This document shows positions 1-10,701 of a stretch of DNA of 64,000 bases, piece after piece. The notes under the pieces were generated by a model. The model made no database searches. It saw only the letters and a program-made list of their open reading frames with translations, and was not told where the DNA came from. A program made the translations under genes and the position numbers. Origin of the DNA: an uncultured Gammaproteobacteria bacterium (GTDB lineage: Bacteria; Patescibacteriota; Patescibacteriia; UBA11705; JABHMO01); contig CAZAKN010000002.1 in assembly GCA_964486065.1 (NCBI GenBank), positions 29,452 through 93,451 on the forward strand. Direction: 5' to 3'. How positions within the stretch are numbered: position 1 is the first letter of the stretch; every line of letters begins with the position of its first letter.

Positions 1-2
1 GG

Positions 3-344
3 CTTGTAATAAAAACCGTCCAAATGCGCCTTGGTGATCAACTTGATCAAATTTTTATATCCTTGATAATTCTTCGCCAACAAAATCAAATGATAACGCT
101 CCTCTTCGGATGCGTTTTTTTTCTTGTGCTCATCAACCACATAAGCTTCTACTCCGATAATCGGCTTTATACCCTCAGCTTTGCATTTTTGATAAAACTC
201 AATCACTCCATACATGGTTCCATGATCGGTTATGGCGATGGCGTCCATACCGCAATCTTTGGCTTTGGCGATATAATCATCCAGCTTGGTCAAACCATCC
301 AAAAGACTGTAATGGGTATGAACATGCAACGGAGTATATTTCAT
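3..344 (-). CDS. dnaE: DNA polymerase III alpha subunit, N-terminal PHP domain (runs off left window edge)
   Basis: Manual translation from ATG at 344: MKYTPLHVHTHYSLLDGLTK...AIAITDHGTMYGVIEFYQKCKAEGIKPIIGVEAY, the typical DnaE start; not in the ORF track because truncated. Confidence 0.93.
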   Translation of the reverse strand, partial: MKYTPLHVHTHYSLLDGLTKLDDYIAKAKDCGMDAIAITDHGTMYGVIEFYQKCKAEGIKPIIGVEAYVVDEHKKKNASEEERYHLILLAKNYQGYKNLIKLITKAHLDGFYYK

Positions 345-444
345 AAGCAAATTGATGAATTGCAATTCATTGATTACTGAATTATTTTAGCACACATAAA
401 GCGAAGGAAAAACATTGACAAATCAGCTTTTACATTGCTGAAAA

Positions 445-470
445 TAAAAAACCTCCGCCAATGGCGGAGG
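445..470 (-). terminator. intrinsic terminator of 481..1245
   Basis: CCTCCGCC-AAT-GGCGGAGG hairpin with A-tract on left (U-tract on - strand). Confidence 0.75.
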
Positions 471-480
471 AGTCAAAAAG

Positions 481-1245
481 TTATTGATATTGAACGGACA
501 AACTGTCGCGTTGCGAGCCGAATACACGCGGATGGTTGCGCAGAAATGAAGCATCCAGTGGTACCGCGTAGCTCGCTTCTTCCAAAAGTGTTAGCGCCCA
601 AAGTCGTTTAAGCGGAGTGAGCAAATCCGGTTTTCCGTTGGCTTTGAAAAAAATCTTATACAAGTTTTCTTCAAACCGTTTGACTTGATAATCAACTTCT
701 TTGCTCACGGAAATATGCAAGTAAGCGCTGAGCAAATTGACCCAAGGCTGACCGATCAGCATAGACGCTTCATGCCAATCTCGCATTTCTGGTCGCCGAT
801 ACATGGCGTCGCAGATCTTCATGCCCTCGCCGATTTGCAATTCGGGAAAAATTTCCGTCACCGCGTCAAGCCTCAATTCTTGAAAACCGAACGGCGGTTG
901 AGCGTCCAATCCAAGCATTCTGGAACTTTTCATGCCCGCCAAAATATTTTTCATCTCGCCGGTTGTAACATTCATGAAGCGCAGAAAAGTCCGCTCATCC
1001 CGTGCCACGAACCAGACAGTGGTTTTCGCTTTGAAACGAGCATTGATCGCCAACTTGATGTCATGCGCGTGATCAATGAAGATGATGGGTAACCTTTTCT
1101 TGAACCCCTTGATCTCTTTTTGCAAATTGATGAAACAAGTTTGCAAAGCGTCGGCGAATTCACGCCCTTCCATCATCACCTCCATGTCATTAAAAACGGA
1201 AAATTGCGTGGCCAGAACTTCTCTGAGAAGAGTCGGTTTGCCCAT
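481..1245 (-). CDS. hypothetical protein (orphan-like, SD-led)
   Basis: 254-aa ORF, AAAGGAG SD at 1251-1257, own promoter and terminator; no family recognised. Confidence 0.75.
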   Translation of the reverse strand: MGKPTLLREVLATQFSVFNDMEVMMEGREFADALQTCFINLQKEIKGFKKRLPIIFIDHAHDIKLAINARFKAKTTVWFVARDERTFLRFMNVTTGEMKNILAGMKSSRMLGLDAQPPFGFQELRLDAVTEIFPELQIGEGMKICDAMYRRPEMRDWHEASMLIGQPWVNLLSAYLHISVSKEVDYQVKRFEENLYKIFFKANGKPDLLTPLKRLWALTLLEEASYAVPLDASFLRNHPRVFGSQRDSLSVQYQ

Positions 1246-1304
1246 GTGAACTCCTTTGTTTTAAAAAATGATCTTAGCCGAAAACACTTGGTAAAGAACG
1301 CGTT

Positions 1305-1333
1305 ATTATAAGCAAATAATTCAATTTTGTCAA
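1305..1333 (-). promoter_or_regulatory. sigma70 promoter TTGACA-17-TATAAT
   Basis: Perfect consensus on - strand; -35 overlaps the TGA stop of the upstream gene. Confidence 0.8.
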
Positions 1334-3291
1334 TCCGCCAAATACAACTTGAATTTCTCATCATGCACCATTTTCTGCTCATGCTTAACGGAATCAAGTT
1401 TTCCGTTTTGCCAAAAATTCAGATCCAAACTCAAATCCATTTCCGGCAGTCCGGACTGCTTCTGCACGAACAAATCATATTCACCCGTTTGTCTGATTTT
1501 TTCACTCAAATCCGCCGGCAATTTATATGTCCAGACCACTTCCGTGCTTTGATTTAAAAATACTTGGAAAAACAATCCAAACGCGGTTTTGCCGAATTCA
1601 TCATATTTATCAACTTCATCAACCGGTATCTTCATGCGTCCAACTCTCATGTCAATAAGTTCACTTCCCTGAGGCGCGTACAATCGCGAATAACTTCCAT
1701 AATGAGTGGTGCGCCAATCGGTTTCCGAAGCATGATTCACATACTCGGCTTTGGCTTCCACTCGGATCTCACCGTTTTCATTTTCCAATAAATAATAATG
1801 CAATGAACGATCAATGAATTGATCTGTTTTCTTGGCCGCCATATTGGAATCAACCAGCATAACGAAGTCGCCTTCAACTTGTTTAACTTCTCCTCCCCAA
1901 CCGTTTTCAATTATCACGGTTTGGAATTTCGGTTCATTGCTATACAAAAGCAAATGTTTTTCCTTGACCAAATCACCGCCCAAATCAATCAAATCCAACC
2001 ATTTATTCAAAGGTAAAGAATATAATCTGTTAATTATTTGGTCACCCAGTTCGGCAATGATTTCCTTTCTATCATCATCACTCAATCCCTGTTCCACGAA
2101 ACCTTGTTCCACTTCATATTCCAACTGTTCCCATAAATTATCCGGCGTAAAATAAGTATCGCGCACTTGAAAATCACCGATAACTCGCAAAAGCCTTTCC
2201 ACCGCGTCCGGCGTAATCGCGATCACTCCGTCCAAATTCTGCTCACCTCCTTCTTCATAATAAAACCATTGCATTTTTTCGGCGGATCTGGGGAAATCCG
2301 GCCACCAATTGGAATCGCGCAAAAACCACTGCTCCTGTCTTAAAAAAGTTTGTATCGGTTCGGGCGGTTCCACATCCAAAAACGCTCTGGCCGGTCGATC
2401 GTAAACATAAACATTTTCCGTATCAAATTCCACCAATTCCGCGTTTTCCACCGTTAAATGTCCGACTGTACCCAAAAACCCTCCCGTCGCCCGCAATTCA
2501 CGATTATTCTGCAAAGCCAACAAATAAGTTCTTTGCTCCGGGTAGCCCGTTAAAATCGGAACCAATCTGGAAAAAGACAAAAATCCGCTGAAACCTCTGT
2601 TTAATTCCGGTATTTTCTCTTGCAGAGGGCTCACCACGGAATCAAAAATAAACAGCGGATGCCGAGAATTAATATCCGCCAGCTTATCTGAAATTACTGT
2701 GAATTCTTGATCAACCGCTTCAAAATCATTGACCGAAGCATAGATTACTTTCAATATTTCCGCTTTTTCCGTGACGCTCACTTCACTGAAACTGGTTTGT
2801 CCTTGATTTAAAATAACGAAAATTTCTTCACCTATATCCGACATATCTTTCAATGAACCGGACAAACCGAGACCTATTTCAAAAATATCTCGCGCCACAA
2901 TGCGTTGATCTTCAGCATAATCAATATTGAATATTTTGGCTTCACCCATGATATCAGTATAGCGCACGGCTTTATCAAACGCTGTTTCAGCACGACTCAA
3001 TTCTACACCCGCTTCAGCGAATCGTCGCTGTTCAATCATGTTTTGCGCGTTAAGCAAAGACCGTTGAGCTTCATTCGCTTGCGCGTAAACATTTTGGATG
3101 GAATTGTAATACGGCAAAAGTGAAATCAAGGAAAAAAATCCGAAAAAAACGATGAAAACAAAAATTAACAAAATAAAATAAGGCAATAACTTGAAAGGAG
3201 TCAAAATCAAAACACCCGCGCCCACTCTTTTCGGTGGTCGCGGTAATGGACAAAAATCACCTTCCAAAAAATTTTGTTTTTCTTGTTGCAT
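1330..3291 (-). CDS. DUF4012-domain membrane-anchored protein
   Basis: N-terminal TM, helical stalk, motifs YLLALQNNRELRATGGFLG, RDSNWWPDFP, DGVIAI, VDSNMAAKKTD. Confidence 0.85.
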   Translation of the reverse strand: MQQEKQNFLEGDFCPLPRPPKRVGAGVLILTPFKLLPYFILLIFVFIVFFGFFSLISLLPYYNSIQNVYAQANEAQRSLLNAQNMIEQRRFAEAGVELSRAETAFDKAVRYTDIMGEAKIFNIDYAEDQRIVARDIFEIGLGLSGSLKDMSDIGEEIFVILNQGQTSFSEVSVTEKAEILKVIYASVNDFEAVDQEFTVISDKLADINSRHPLFIFDSVVSPLQEKIPELNRGFSGFLSFSRLVPILTGYPEQRTYLLALQNNRELRATGGFLGTVGHLTVENAELVEFDTENVYVYDRPARAFLDVEPPEPIQTFLRQEQWFLRDSNWWPDFPRSAEKMQWFYYEEGGEQNLDGVIAITPDAVERLLRVIGDFQVRDTYFTPDNLWEQLEYEVEQGFVEQGLSDDDRKEIIAELGDQIINRLYSLPLNKWLDLIDLGGDLVKEKHLLLYSNEPKFQTVIIENGWGGEVKQVEGDFVMLVDSNMAAKKTDQFIDRSLHYYLLENENGEIRVEAKAEYVNHASETDWRTTHYGSYSRLYAPQGSELIDMRVGRMKIPVDEVDKYDEFGKTAFGLFFQVFLNQSTEVVWTYKLPADLSEKIRQTGEYDLFVQKQSGLPEMDLSLDLNFWQNGKLDSVKHEQKMVHDEKFKLYLAD

Positions 3292-3365
3292 GGCTTTATT
3301 ATATCTTATCTCAAGCGTTTTGAAAACGCTTGAAACATTTGTTTTAAGCTCAACTTCAATTAATT

Positions 3366-3396
3366 AAAAAAGCCGTTCCGCAAGGCGGAACGGCTT
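3366..3396 (-). terminator. intrinsic terminator
   Basis: AAGCCGTTCCGC-AAG-GCGGAACGGCTT 12-bp stem with A-tract. Confidence 0.8.
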
Positions 3397-3400
3397 GAGT

Positions 3401-4410
3401 TTATTTGCTCGCTTGGGCTTGAGCCTGACGATCATGCCAGATGATCTTCGCTATGGACTTTGTCAAAAAATCCCTCTTCTGAATTGACCAATAATCAATA
3501 TCTTGGGAGTAGAAAGGTACTGTCCCAACTTCTACATAAACATTTTCACCCTGTCTGATATTTTTTTTGTTTATGGAGATGAACCATTGCTTATAATCTG
3601 TCCCAAAGAAAAGCCAATAGTAATCTGATGATCTTTTCGGCAGCAGCCGGGCCTCATAATTATTCCTCAAATGATTTTTAATATCCACAAAAAGTTTTTT
3701 ATAATATCCCTTTCCGGGTTCAGAAAAATATAACTTGATTCCCTTGAGGTTTAGAGTTTTAGTATCTAAATCTTCAGCGTAACTTTTCATTCCAATGGCA
3801 CGATAACAGCGAGACGCTACCAAAGGCGCATCTTTCTCCATCTCGGAAATATGCTTCCTACAAAAATTTTCCTGGGCTTTTTTCGCTTCCTCGAAAAACG
3901 GATAATCCGCCAAAATCGTAGCATATATCGTTATCGATTTTTCCCAATCTTTAGCCTCTTCAGCCTTTTGAATTTTCTTTTGCAAGAAACTCCAATTTGC
4001 TTTAATCACTTTCTTTTTTTCCGCTTTTTCGGCCTTGGCTCGCTTTTCCGCCTCCGCTTTTTCGGCCTTGGCTCGCTTTTCCGCCTCCACTTTTTCGGCC
4101 TTGGCTTTTTTGATTCGCGCTTCCGGATCAGCGCTGAGTTCGTCCAGACCCAAGGCCTTCGCGCAATCTGCGCGTTCGCTGATGGGCAGTTTACCCATTT
4201 TACGAGCGCAAAATTCCGAGAATTCCTTTTCTCCGACACCCCTCCAAGCCAAAAAGACTTTTCCAGTTCTCCGCTCAGCTCCAATTCCGCGACAGCCTGA
4301 GCCTCTTTGGACTCATAATCACCCGGATCAGGGATGATTTCCTTGCCGGCGCAACCGACAATGAATCCCCAAAAAACCGCTAGACTAACCATCAAAGCAA
4401 GCTTTTTCAT
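3401..4410 (-). pseudogene. frameshifted lipoprotein (signal peptide/lipobox IVGC, Lys/Ala/Glu repeats, TPR-like helices)
   Basis: SD-led ORF 4006..4410 (MKKLALMVSLAVFWGFIVGC) joins ORF 3401..4252 if one T is added to the T5 run at 4251-4255 (KSF-LAWRGVGEKE). Confidence 0.7.
4021..4106. repeat. 33-bp tandem repeat, two full copies plus a partial copy
   Basis: ccgctttttcggccttggctcgcttttccgcct at 4021 and 4054, partial at 4087; encodes AKAEKAEAEKR-type repeats. Confidence 0.92.
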
Positions 4411-4470
4411 CGCTTTTCTCCTTTGCGGGGTTCTCCCGCTTTGTATGGTTTGAAACGAACATAACAGTTA

Positions 4471-4499
4471 AACTTACACTATTTCAGGGATTTTGTCAA
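4471..4499 (-). promoter_or_regulatory. sigma70 promoter TTGACA-17-TAAGTT
   Basis: Consensus -35 with 17-bp spacer upstream of the lipoprotein gene. Confidence 0.6.
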
Positions 4500-4587
4500 T
4501 ACTAGAAGGTTTAATGTAAAGGTTTAATTAAATTTAAAGAAAAAATCACCCTTTGTGCCTCCGAGTGATTTCAAGTTGAATAAGTTT

Positions 4588-5373
4588 TCAAATTCGCCAT
4601 TTATACATGAATTTCAGCCAACTGCTTATATGTACTCGGGTCATCTTATTGCTGAAAAACTTCAAACTGCCTCCATCAGCCGATTGACGGCGATGCAAAT
4701 GAATTACTTCCACTTCAGGCAAATAAACCGTTTTATAGCCGGCTTCTTGAATACGGCGACACAAATCCGTATCTTCAAAATACATGAAAAAATTATCATC
4801 AAATCCTCCCACTTTGGTCAATACTTCCTTGGACGACAATACGCAAGAACCTTGGATCCAATCCACACTCGCCGGGCGATCATGCGTCCAATCTTTCATT
4901 AAAAACCGGTCTATATCACGACGCGCGAAATTGAATTTTCCCAGAACCGTGCGTCTGAAAATCGGTGTTAAAAAATTGTGTTTGCGATAACAGGTATATT
5001 GCAAAGATTTGTCCGGATTCAACAACTTGGGCGACAATAAACCGATTTTTTTATCCTTTTCCATGAAATCCAATAATCGCGCCAAAGTGTTGGGAAAAAT
5101 AAATATATCCGGATTTAAAATTAAAATGTAGTCACCGCGCGCCACTTCAATCCCCAGATTATTTCCGCCACCCATACCCAAATTTTTTTCGGATTTAATC
5201 AAACGAGCGGTCGGATATTTCTCCGCCAATAGTTTTTCAACTCCATCATGTGAAGCATTATCCACCACGATCACTTCATAATCCTCCCGCAATTCAGATT
5301 CGTAAATCGCCCTCAAACAATTCTTGACCAAGCCTCGCATTTTATAATTTAACACTACAATACTGAGCTTCAT
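4588..5373 (-). CDS. GT2 glycosyltransferase (WbbL/rhamnosyltransferase-like)
   Basis: KLSIVVLNY, VVDNASHD, LNPD, GGFDDNFFMYFEDTDLC; likely start ATG 5373. Confidence 0.9.
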   Translation of the reverse strand: MKLSIVVLNYKMRGLVKNCLRAIYESELREDYEVIVVDNASHDGVEKLLAEKYPTARLIKSEKNLGMGGGNNLGIEVARGDYILILNPDIFIFPNTLARLLDFMEKDKKIGLLSPKLLNPDKSLQYTCYRKHNFLTPIFRRTVLGKFNFARRDIDRFLMKDWTHDRPASVDWIQGSCVLSSKEVLTKVGGFDDNFFMYFEDTDLCRRIQEAGYKTVYLPEVEVIHLHRRQSADGGSLKFFSNKMTRVHISSWLKFMYKWRI

Positions 5374-5374
5374 A

Positions 5375-6349
5375 CTATTTAAATAATTTTTGCAATTGAT
5401 GATAATCAACCGTCGCGGTTTTATTCATTACCGCTCTTTTGGCTGATAAACTTTTCCGGTGCTTAAAAAATTCCGACCAAGCTTTTATCGCGCCTTTTTC
5501 AAAAATCAAAATATACAAAAATTTCATTAATTCATAAAGAAATACTCGCCAAGAAAATTTTGCGTTTTTAAATAAAAAATATAAATGATTGCGATAAGAT
5601 AAATACTTATTAAAAGCACTGCGATCTTTGCGCGCTTTAATCATTTGAGAAGTTAAACGATTCCCGATCGGCGTTCCAACCGTGCGATCATGATAAGCTA
5701 CCGCTTCGCCAACACGCCAAGCGGAAAACCCCGCTCGTCGCAACCGAAAAGCCAAATCAACATCTTCTTTATAACTGAAAAAACTTTCATCAAAAAATTC
5801 GTTTTGATACATAACTTTTTCCAAAGCGGAACGACGATAAACCGGCACCGCTCCGGAAACACCGAAAACTTCTCGCGTATCATCGTATTGACCTTGATCA
5901 ACTTCACCCGATCCCAAATCTTCAACTTTTAAATTTTTACGCGCAAGTAAACCCGCGGAATCAATCATGTCCGGCTGGGCATCATCTTTCATGCGCAATA
6001 TTTTACCCGAGACCGCGCCGACTTGCGGATGCGAATCCATTAAACCAATTACTTTCCGCGCATAATCCGGCGCCAAAATCACATCCTGATTTAAACATAA
6101 AACATATTCCGACTTGGTCCAATGCATGGCTTGATTGTGCGCTTTGGCAAAACCCGCGTTGCTTTTATTGCGTACCACCTGCAAATGAGGATACCTTTCA
6201 TTGATCAAACCCAAAGTGTTATCCGTGGATCCGTTATCAATTATTATTATGGAAAAATCTTGAAAAGTTTGATTAAAAACGGAAGCCAGACAGGCTTCAA
6301 TGTATTTTTCTCCATTCCAAGTTACAAGATTTATTGATATTTTAGGCAT
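5375..6349 (-). CDS. GT2 glycosyltransferase
   Basis: KISINLVTWNG, IDNGSTD, LNQDV, FDESFFSYKEDVDLAFR; likely start ATG 6349. Confidence 0.9.
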   Translation of the reverse strand: MPKISINLVTWNGEKYIEACLASVFNQTFQDFSIIIIDNGSTDNTLGLINERYPHLQVVRNKSNAGFAKAHNQAMHWTKSEYVLCLNQDVILAPDYARKVIGLMDSHPQVGAVSGKILRMKDDAQPDMIDSAGLLARKNLKVEDLGSGEVDQGQYDDTREVFGVSGAVPVYRRSALEKVMYQNEFFDESFFSYKEDVDLAFRLRRAGFSAWRVGEAVAYHDRTVGTPIGNRLTSQMIKARKDRSAFNKYLSYRNHLYFLFKNAKFSWRVFLYELMKFLYILIFEKGAIKAWSEFFKHRKSLSAKRAVMNKTATVDYHQLQKLFK

Positions 6350-6498
6350 AATATTTTTACAAACCGACTTAATCCGCGCTTCTTTCAATTATTATCATAG
6401 CATGATTTTAGCATAATGTCCGAGTTGCGCAATTGATAATCAGTGCGAATAAAAAACCGACCTTGAAACAAGTTCGGCTGAATAATTCTCAACATTTA

Positions 6499-7995
6499 CT
6501 ATTTTCGCGCTTTCGGCGTAACGAAAAATCCCAAATGATATTTCGGTCCGAGCATAAGACGAGTCTGCGCTTCCACCGCGGGTATGGCCCCGAAAATCAC
6601 CAAAGTTATCGGCAATAAAGCCCATTGAAAAAACATGACCAAATATTTCCAGCGTGGCTCACTTTTCGGTCTTTTCGGCAAAATAAACATACTGACCACC
6701 GCTGAAAATCCAATACCGATCATGGCCGCTCCCATCAACCATTCCAAAACATAAGGGGCGTTCTGCACGATTACCGAAGTGGAGATCTCACTTTGCCCGG
6801 CCACATACAATGGTAACCGACCGAGAATAAAAATTAAAATCGGTACCGTGGCCCAAGAATACATGCCTTCCAATAAATTCCAAGTGTATTTCAATTTTTT
6901 ACCGAACGAAATATCATTATATTCTTTTTTTAAAAAATTCCACATCATAAACGGGAAATGCTCCACGCCCCAAGCCCAACGGCGTTGTTGTTTATAAAGA
7001 TTTTTAAAACTGACCCAATAATTATCATCCATCACCGTATCCATGGACACGGGAATATACATCGGTTCCGTGCGATAACCTCCGTGGTAACGGAAAAAAC
7101 ATTGTAGAAAAATACGAGAATCATCGGTTACAATATCCTTCTGCCAGAACCCAACATCAACCAAAGCTTGAAAACTCATGGAATGCGAGCTGAAAGTATA
7201 AAGTCGCTCCGGTCGCATCATATCCATCAAGAGCCAAAAAATAGTGCCGAACGCGGTAACTCGCATAACCGCCGGCGCGTCCCAAATATTATTATTGTAA
7301 TTAACCGCCGGCTGATAAGAAACTTTGGTCGGCGTGGGATGAATCAAATACTTGTGCGTTAAAACTGAAAAATATTTCGGGTGCACGCAAGTATCACTGT
7401 CAAAATATGAAACAATCAAATTCCGGTAATCAAACCCGAGTCGGTCAATCAATTCTTTGGACCGCCACCCCATCCAATGCGCGTTGGCGCCTTTGCCTTT
7501 CATCTCACCTTCAAGATTCTCCGGATGCACGGTTATCAAAATTTTGTAAAACAGATCACCAAACTCTTTTTTAATTTGTTCCGCCTTGGGCGGGAAATCA
7601 TCTCCGGCGCGCGCTTCACCTCCCAGAATCACAATCATTTTCTTGGTCGGATAATCACTGTTCACGAAACTACGAAAAGTGGTACGCAAAACTTCCAAAG
7701 GTTCGCCGTAAGTCGGCAAATAAATAACATGATGAATTTTCTCCCAACCTTGAATTTTTTTTATTTTGCCCAGCCAATCCACTTTGGCATTATTCTTGTA
7801 TTTGAAATATGAAATACTGGCGTAAAAAATAAAATGAATCACGCGCAAAAGCCAATACAAATCAAACGCGATAATGAAGTAAATCACCCATAAAGGTTTG
7901 ATGAAAGACAAAACTATGGACATGATAAAAGTCGTCCATATCAAAATGCCGGGCACCATTTCCAGCAATCTGAATTTCCATGATTTGGGTCTCAT
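6499..7995 (-). CDS. polytopic membrane GT2 (processive, cellulose-synthase-like motifs)
   Basis: TM helices, FDSD, TDD and QQRRW (QxxRW) motifs. Confidence 0.85.
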   Translation of the reverse strand: MRPKSWKFRLLEMVPGILIWTTFIMSIVLSFIKPLWVIYFIIAFDLYWLLRVIHFIFYASISYFKYKNNAKVDWLGKIKKIQGWEKIHHVIYLPTYGEPLEVLRTTFRSFVNSDYPTKKMIVILGGEARAGDDFPPKAEQIKKEFGDLFYKILITVHPENLEGEMKGKGANAHWMGWRSKELIDRLGFDYRNLIVSYFDSDTCVHPKYFSVLTHKYLIHPTPTKVSYQPAVNYNNNIWDAPAVMRVTAFGTIFWLLMDMMRPERLYTFSSHSMSFQALVDVGFWQKDIVTDDSRIFLQCFFRYHGGYRTEPMYIPVSMDTVMDDNYWVSFKNLYKQQRRWAWGVEHFPFMMWNFLKKEYNDISFGKKLKYTWNLLEGMYSWATVPILIFILGRLPLYVAGQSEISTSVIVQNAPYVLEWLMGAAMIGIGFSAVVSMFILPKRPKSEPRWKYLVMFFQWALLPITLVIFGAIPAVEAQTRLMLGPKYHLGFFVTPKARK

Positions 7996-8080
7996 CGGAG
8001 TGAATCAATTATTCAATAAGTAATGCGAGCATAACACGAAAGCCACAATTATTCAAGTATATTCGCTAAAATTAAATAAA

Positions 8081-8102
8081 ATAAGCGCTTTGTAGCGCTT
8101 AT
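8081..8102 (-). terminator. possible terminator hairpin
   Basis: ATAAGCGCT-TTGT-AGCGCTTAT downstream of the permease. Confidence 0.5.
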
Positions 8103-8126
8103 AATCCAATCAATCATGAATCATCT

Positions 8127-9263
8127 TTAAATCAACATATTATACAAAGTCCAAACAAATCCCACGGTAAATAAAATAATCAGCATTAAACCCGCAATTT
8201 TCAATTGCGGTAATTCAAAAACCGGTTTTTTATCTCCCTTTCTGCGCGCAACCCAAAAAGTCAAAACAATGATTATTCCGGTCAATCCGAAAGTTAAGCT
8301 ACCGGCTATGCCCATTACCGTGATAAAATCCCGCGCGCCGAGCAAAAAAATCACAAGAGGTAAACTGATCACCGCCAACCATGAATTGAATTTGCTCATT
8401 TTATAATCAAAATGAAAAACTTCCATAAGCACCACACTGAAACTCAAAAAACTGGTGGCCATGCCGAGCAAGGCGAAAACATTACCCCAGAAAGCGACTT
8501 GCCCGTTTATCACTTGGCTTAAATTTATGGTGGCCACTTCACTGGTCAATCGCCCGGTCGCGCCGAGAACCGCCAGAGTGAAAACCGTGTAAATCAAAAT
8601 GGGCAACCAGCTGGCAAAACTCACCGCGCTTTTAACATGCTTTTCTTTTCCTTTTAATATTTCTCTACCCACCACCACGGATGACGCGCCACCATAAGCG
8701 AATAAAATCACCCCGTAAGGAATAAATAATTTACCGGCATCCTGATATAAGTAATTATTAAAATCAACCACTCCGAAACTTACCGCGGAAATCGCCGCGA
8801 TTATTATGATAAAAAACAAAACCAACCAAAATTCAACCACTTTTACCAAATTCAAGCCAACATACAAAATAATCGCCGCCACGACCCAAAAAGCCAAACT
8901 GTAATAAAAAGCCGAACCTCCCAATAAAACCGACAAAACTTCTCCTTCCCCGATAATGTAAGCGATCAAAGCTCCGTAAGTGCTGAACATAAGCGCGAAC
9001 ATTTGCACTCGCCCCGCCCATGAACCCAAATATTTTTTCGCGTAACCGACCAATTGATGACTGCCTTTCGTCCGTAAAATAAATTCCCCCACCATCAAAT
9101 TGGTCAACCAAGTGGCCGCCCCCAAACCGAGTAACAAAATAATCGCCCAGACTGCTCCGGTTTTAGACGCGGCATAAGGAATACCCAAAATGCCGGCTCC
9201 GATAATCGTGCCGGCCATGGTAGCCACCGCTTGCCAATAAGCTTTATTGAATTTTTTCTTCAT
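8127..9263 (-). CDS. amino-acid permease (aromatic amino acid/HAAAP-like)
   Basis: GTIIGAGILGIPY motif, ~11 hydrophobic segments. Confidence 0.85.
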   Translation of the reverse strand: MKKKFNKAYWQAVATMAGTIIGAGILGIPYAASKTGAVWAIILLLGLGAATWLTNLMVGEFILRTKGSHQLVGYAKKYLGSWAGRVQMFALMFSTYGALIAYIIGEGEVLSVLLGGSAFYYSLAFWVVAAIILYVGLNLVKVVEFWLVLFFIIIIAAISAVSFGVVDFNNYLYQDAGKLFIPYGVILFAYGGASSVVVGREILKGKEKHVKSAVSFASWLPILIYTVFTLAVLGATGRLTSEVATINLSQVINGQVAFWGNVFALLGMATSFLSFSVVLMEVFHFDYKMSKFNSWLAVISLPLVIFLLGARDFITVMGIAGSLTFGLTGIIIVLTFWVARRKGDKKPVFELPQLKIAGLMLIILFTVGFVWTLYNMLI

Positions 9264-9264
9264 T

Positions 9265-10686
9265 TTAAATATTTACCAACTCCACAATGCTGGTTCTTTT
9301 TTTATTTTTGGCGGATACTCCCGCAATAATGATTATCTCATCATTTTTCTTCACCAATTTATTCTTTTTCAAATAATCAATTCCCTTTTTAATCAACTTT
9401 TCCAAATTATCGGCCATGCCGAGTTTAAAAGCACGCACTCCCCAAGTTAATGCCAATTGTCTTACCACCATATCTTCGGTACAACTAACCACGATGGGCA
9501 ATTCCGGACGATAGCGACTAATGACCCTGGCGGTATATCCCGAAATAGTGGCTCCGAGAATCAATCCGGCATTGGTTTTTTCGGACAGCAACTTGGTCGC
9601 GGCCCCCGCAGCCTGCAAAGAACTGTCATATTTTTTTATTTGAGTTTGTAAAACCAAGTCATCATAAACCGATTCTTCAGCTTGCTCAATAATATTATTC
9701 ATCATCTTCACGCTTTGCAAAGGATATTTACCATTGGCGGTTTCGCCCGACAACATTACCGCGTCGGCATGATCAATCACCGCGTTGGCTACATCACTCA
9801 CCTCCGCTCGGGTAGGTCGCGGATTTTGAATCATGGAATCAAGCATTTGCGTGGCTACGATAACCGGCTTGGCCTCATGTAAACATTTTTCAATAATTTG
9901 TTTTTGCTTAATCGGTACTTGTTCCGCGGGCAATTCAATTCCCAAATCACCGCGAGCCACCATAACCGCGTCCGTGGCTTTCAATATTTCATCAAAATTT
10001 TCCAATGCTTCGTTTCTTTCAATTTTCACGATAACTTTCGGCATTGTTTTCCTTTTCAATTCTCGCACGTGTTTGGTTATCAATCTTTTCAATGATTTAA
10101 CTTCACGGGCGTTCCGCACGAAAGACAGCGCCACGAAATCAACTTGATTTTTCATGCCGAAAGCCAAATCTTTTTTGTCTTTTTCCGACAAAGCGGGCAA
10201 AGACACCTCCGTGTCCGGCAAATTTATCCCTTTATGCGATGAAATCATGCCTCCACTCACTACTTTGCAATGCAAATCTTGTTTAATAACTTTTTCCACC
10301 AGTAATTCAATTAAACCGTCCGCAATCAATATTCTTTGACCGGCCTTAACATCTTTATGCATGTTTTTATATGTAACCGGTATTTTATTTTTCAATCCAT
10401 CGGCGGTGGTCAAAACGACTTTTTCCCCCTTGCTCAATTTAATCCCTTCTTCAGGCAAATCTCCCAACCTGATCCGCGGTCCCTGCAAATCCAGAATTAT
10501 TCCGACCGGAATTTTCAATTCTTTACTGACCGAACGCACATTTTGAATCACTTTTTTATGATAAGCATGAACATTATGAGACAAATTAAGACGCGCCACA
10601 TTCATGCCATTTTTTATCATTTTTTTTATCATGCTCTTTTGATCCGAAGCCGGTCCCAAAGTGCAGACTATTTTGGTTCTTTTCAT
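9265..10686 (-). CDS. pyk: pyruvate kinase
   Basis: RTKIVCTLGPA, DLQGPRIR, MVARGDLGIE, ATQMLDSM, MLSGETA. Confidence 0.97.
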   Translation of the reverse strand: MKRTKIVCTLGPASDQKSMIKKMIKNGMNVARLNLSHNVHAYHKKVIQNVRSVSKELKIPVGIILDLQGPRIRLGDLPEEGIKLSKGEKVVLTTADGLKNKIPVTYKNMHKDVKAGQRILIADGLIELLVEKVIKQDLHCKVVSGGMISSHKGINLPDTEVSLPALSEKDKKDLAFGMKNQVDFVALSFVRNAREVKSLKRLITKHVRELKRKTMPKVIVKIERNEALENFDEILKATDAVMVARGDLGIELPAEQVPIKQKQIIEKCLHEAKPVIVATQMLDSMIQNPRPTRAEVSDVANAVIDHADAVMLSGETANGKYPLQSVKMMNNIIEQAEESVYDDLVLQTQIKKYDSSLQAAGAATKLLSEKTNAGLILGATISGYTARVISRYRPELPIVVSCTEDMVVRQLALTWGVRAFKLGMADNLEKLIKKGIDYLKKNKLVKKNDEIIIIAGVSAKNKKRTSIVELVNI

Positions 10687-10701
10687 AATATATATTTTTA
10701 T

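Noticed and set aside
24-380. + strand 118-aa ORF and the many other short antisense ORFs in the track
   Set aside because: Shadow frames opposite well-supported genes (here dnaE)
4021-4106. CRISPR-like 33-bp repeats
   Set aside because: Repeats are contiguous without spacers, in-frame in a coding region, and no cas genes are present
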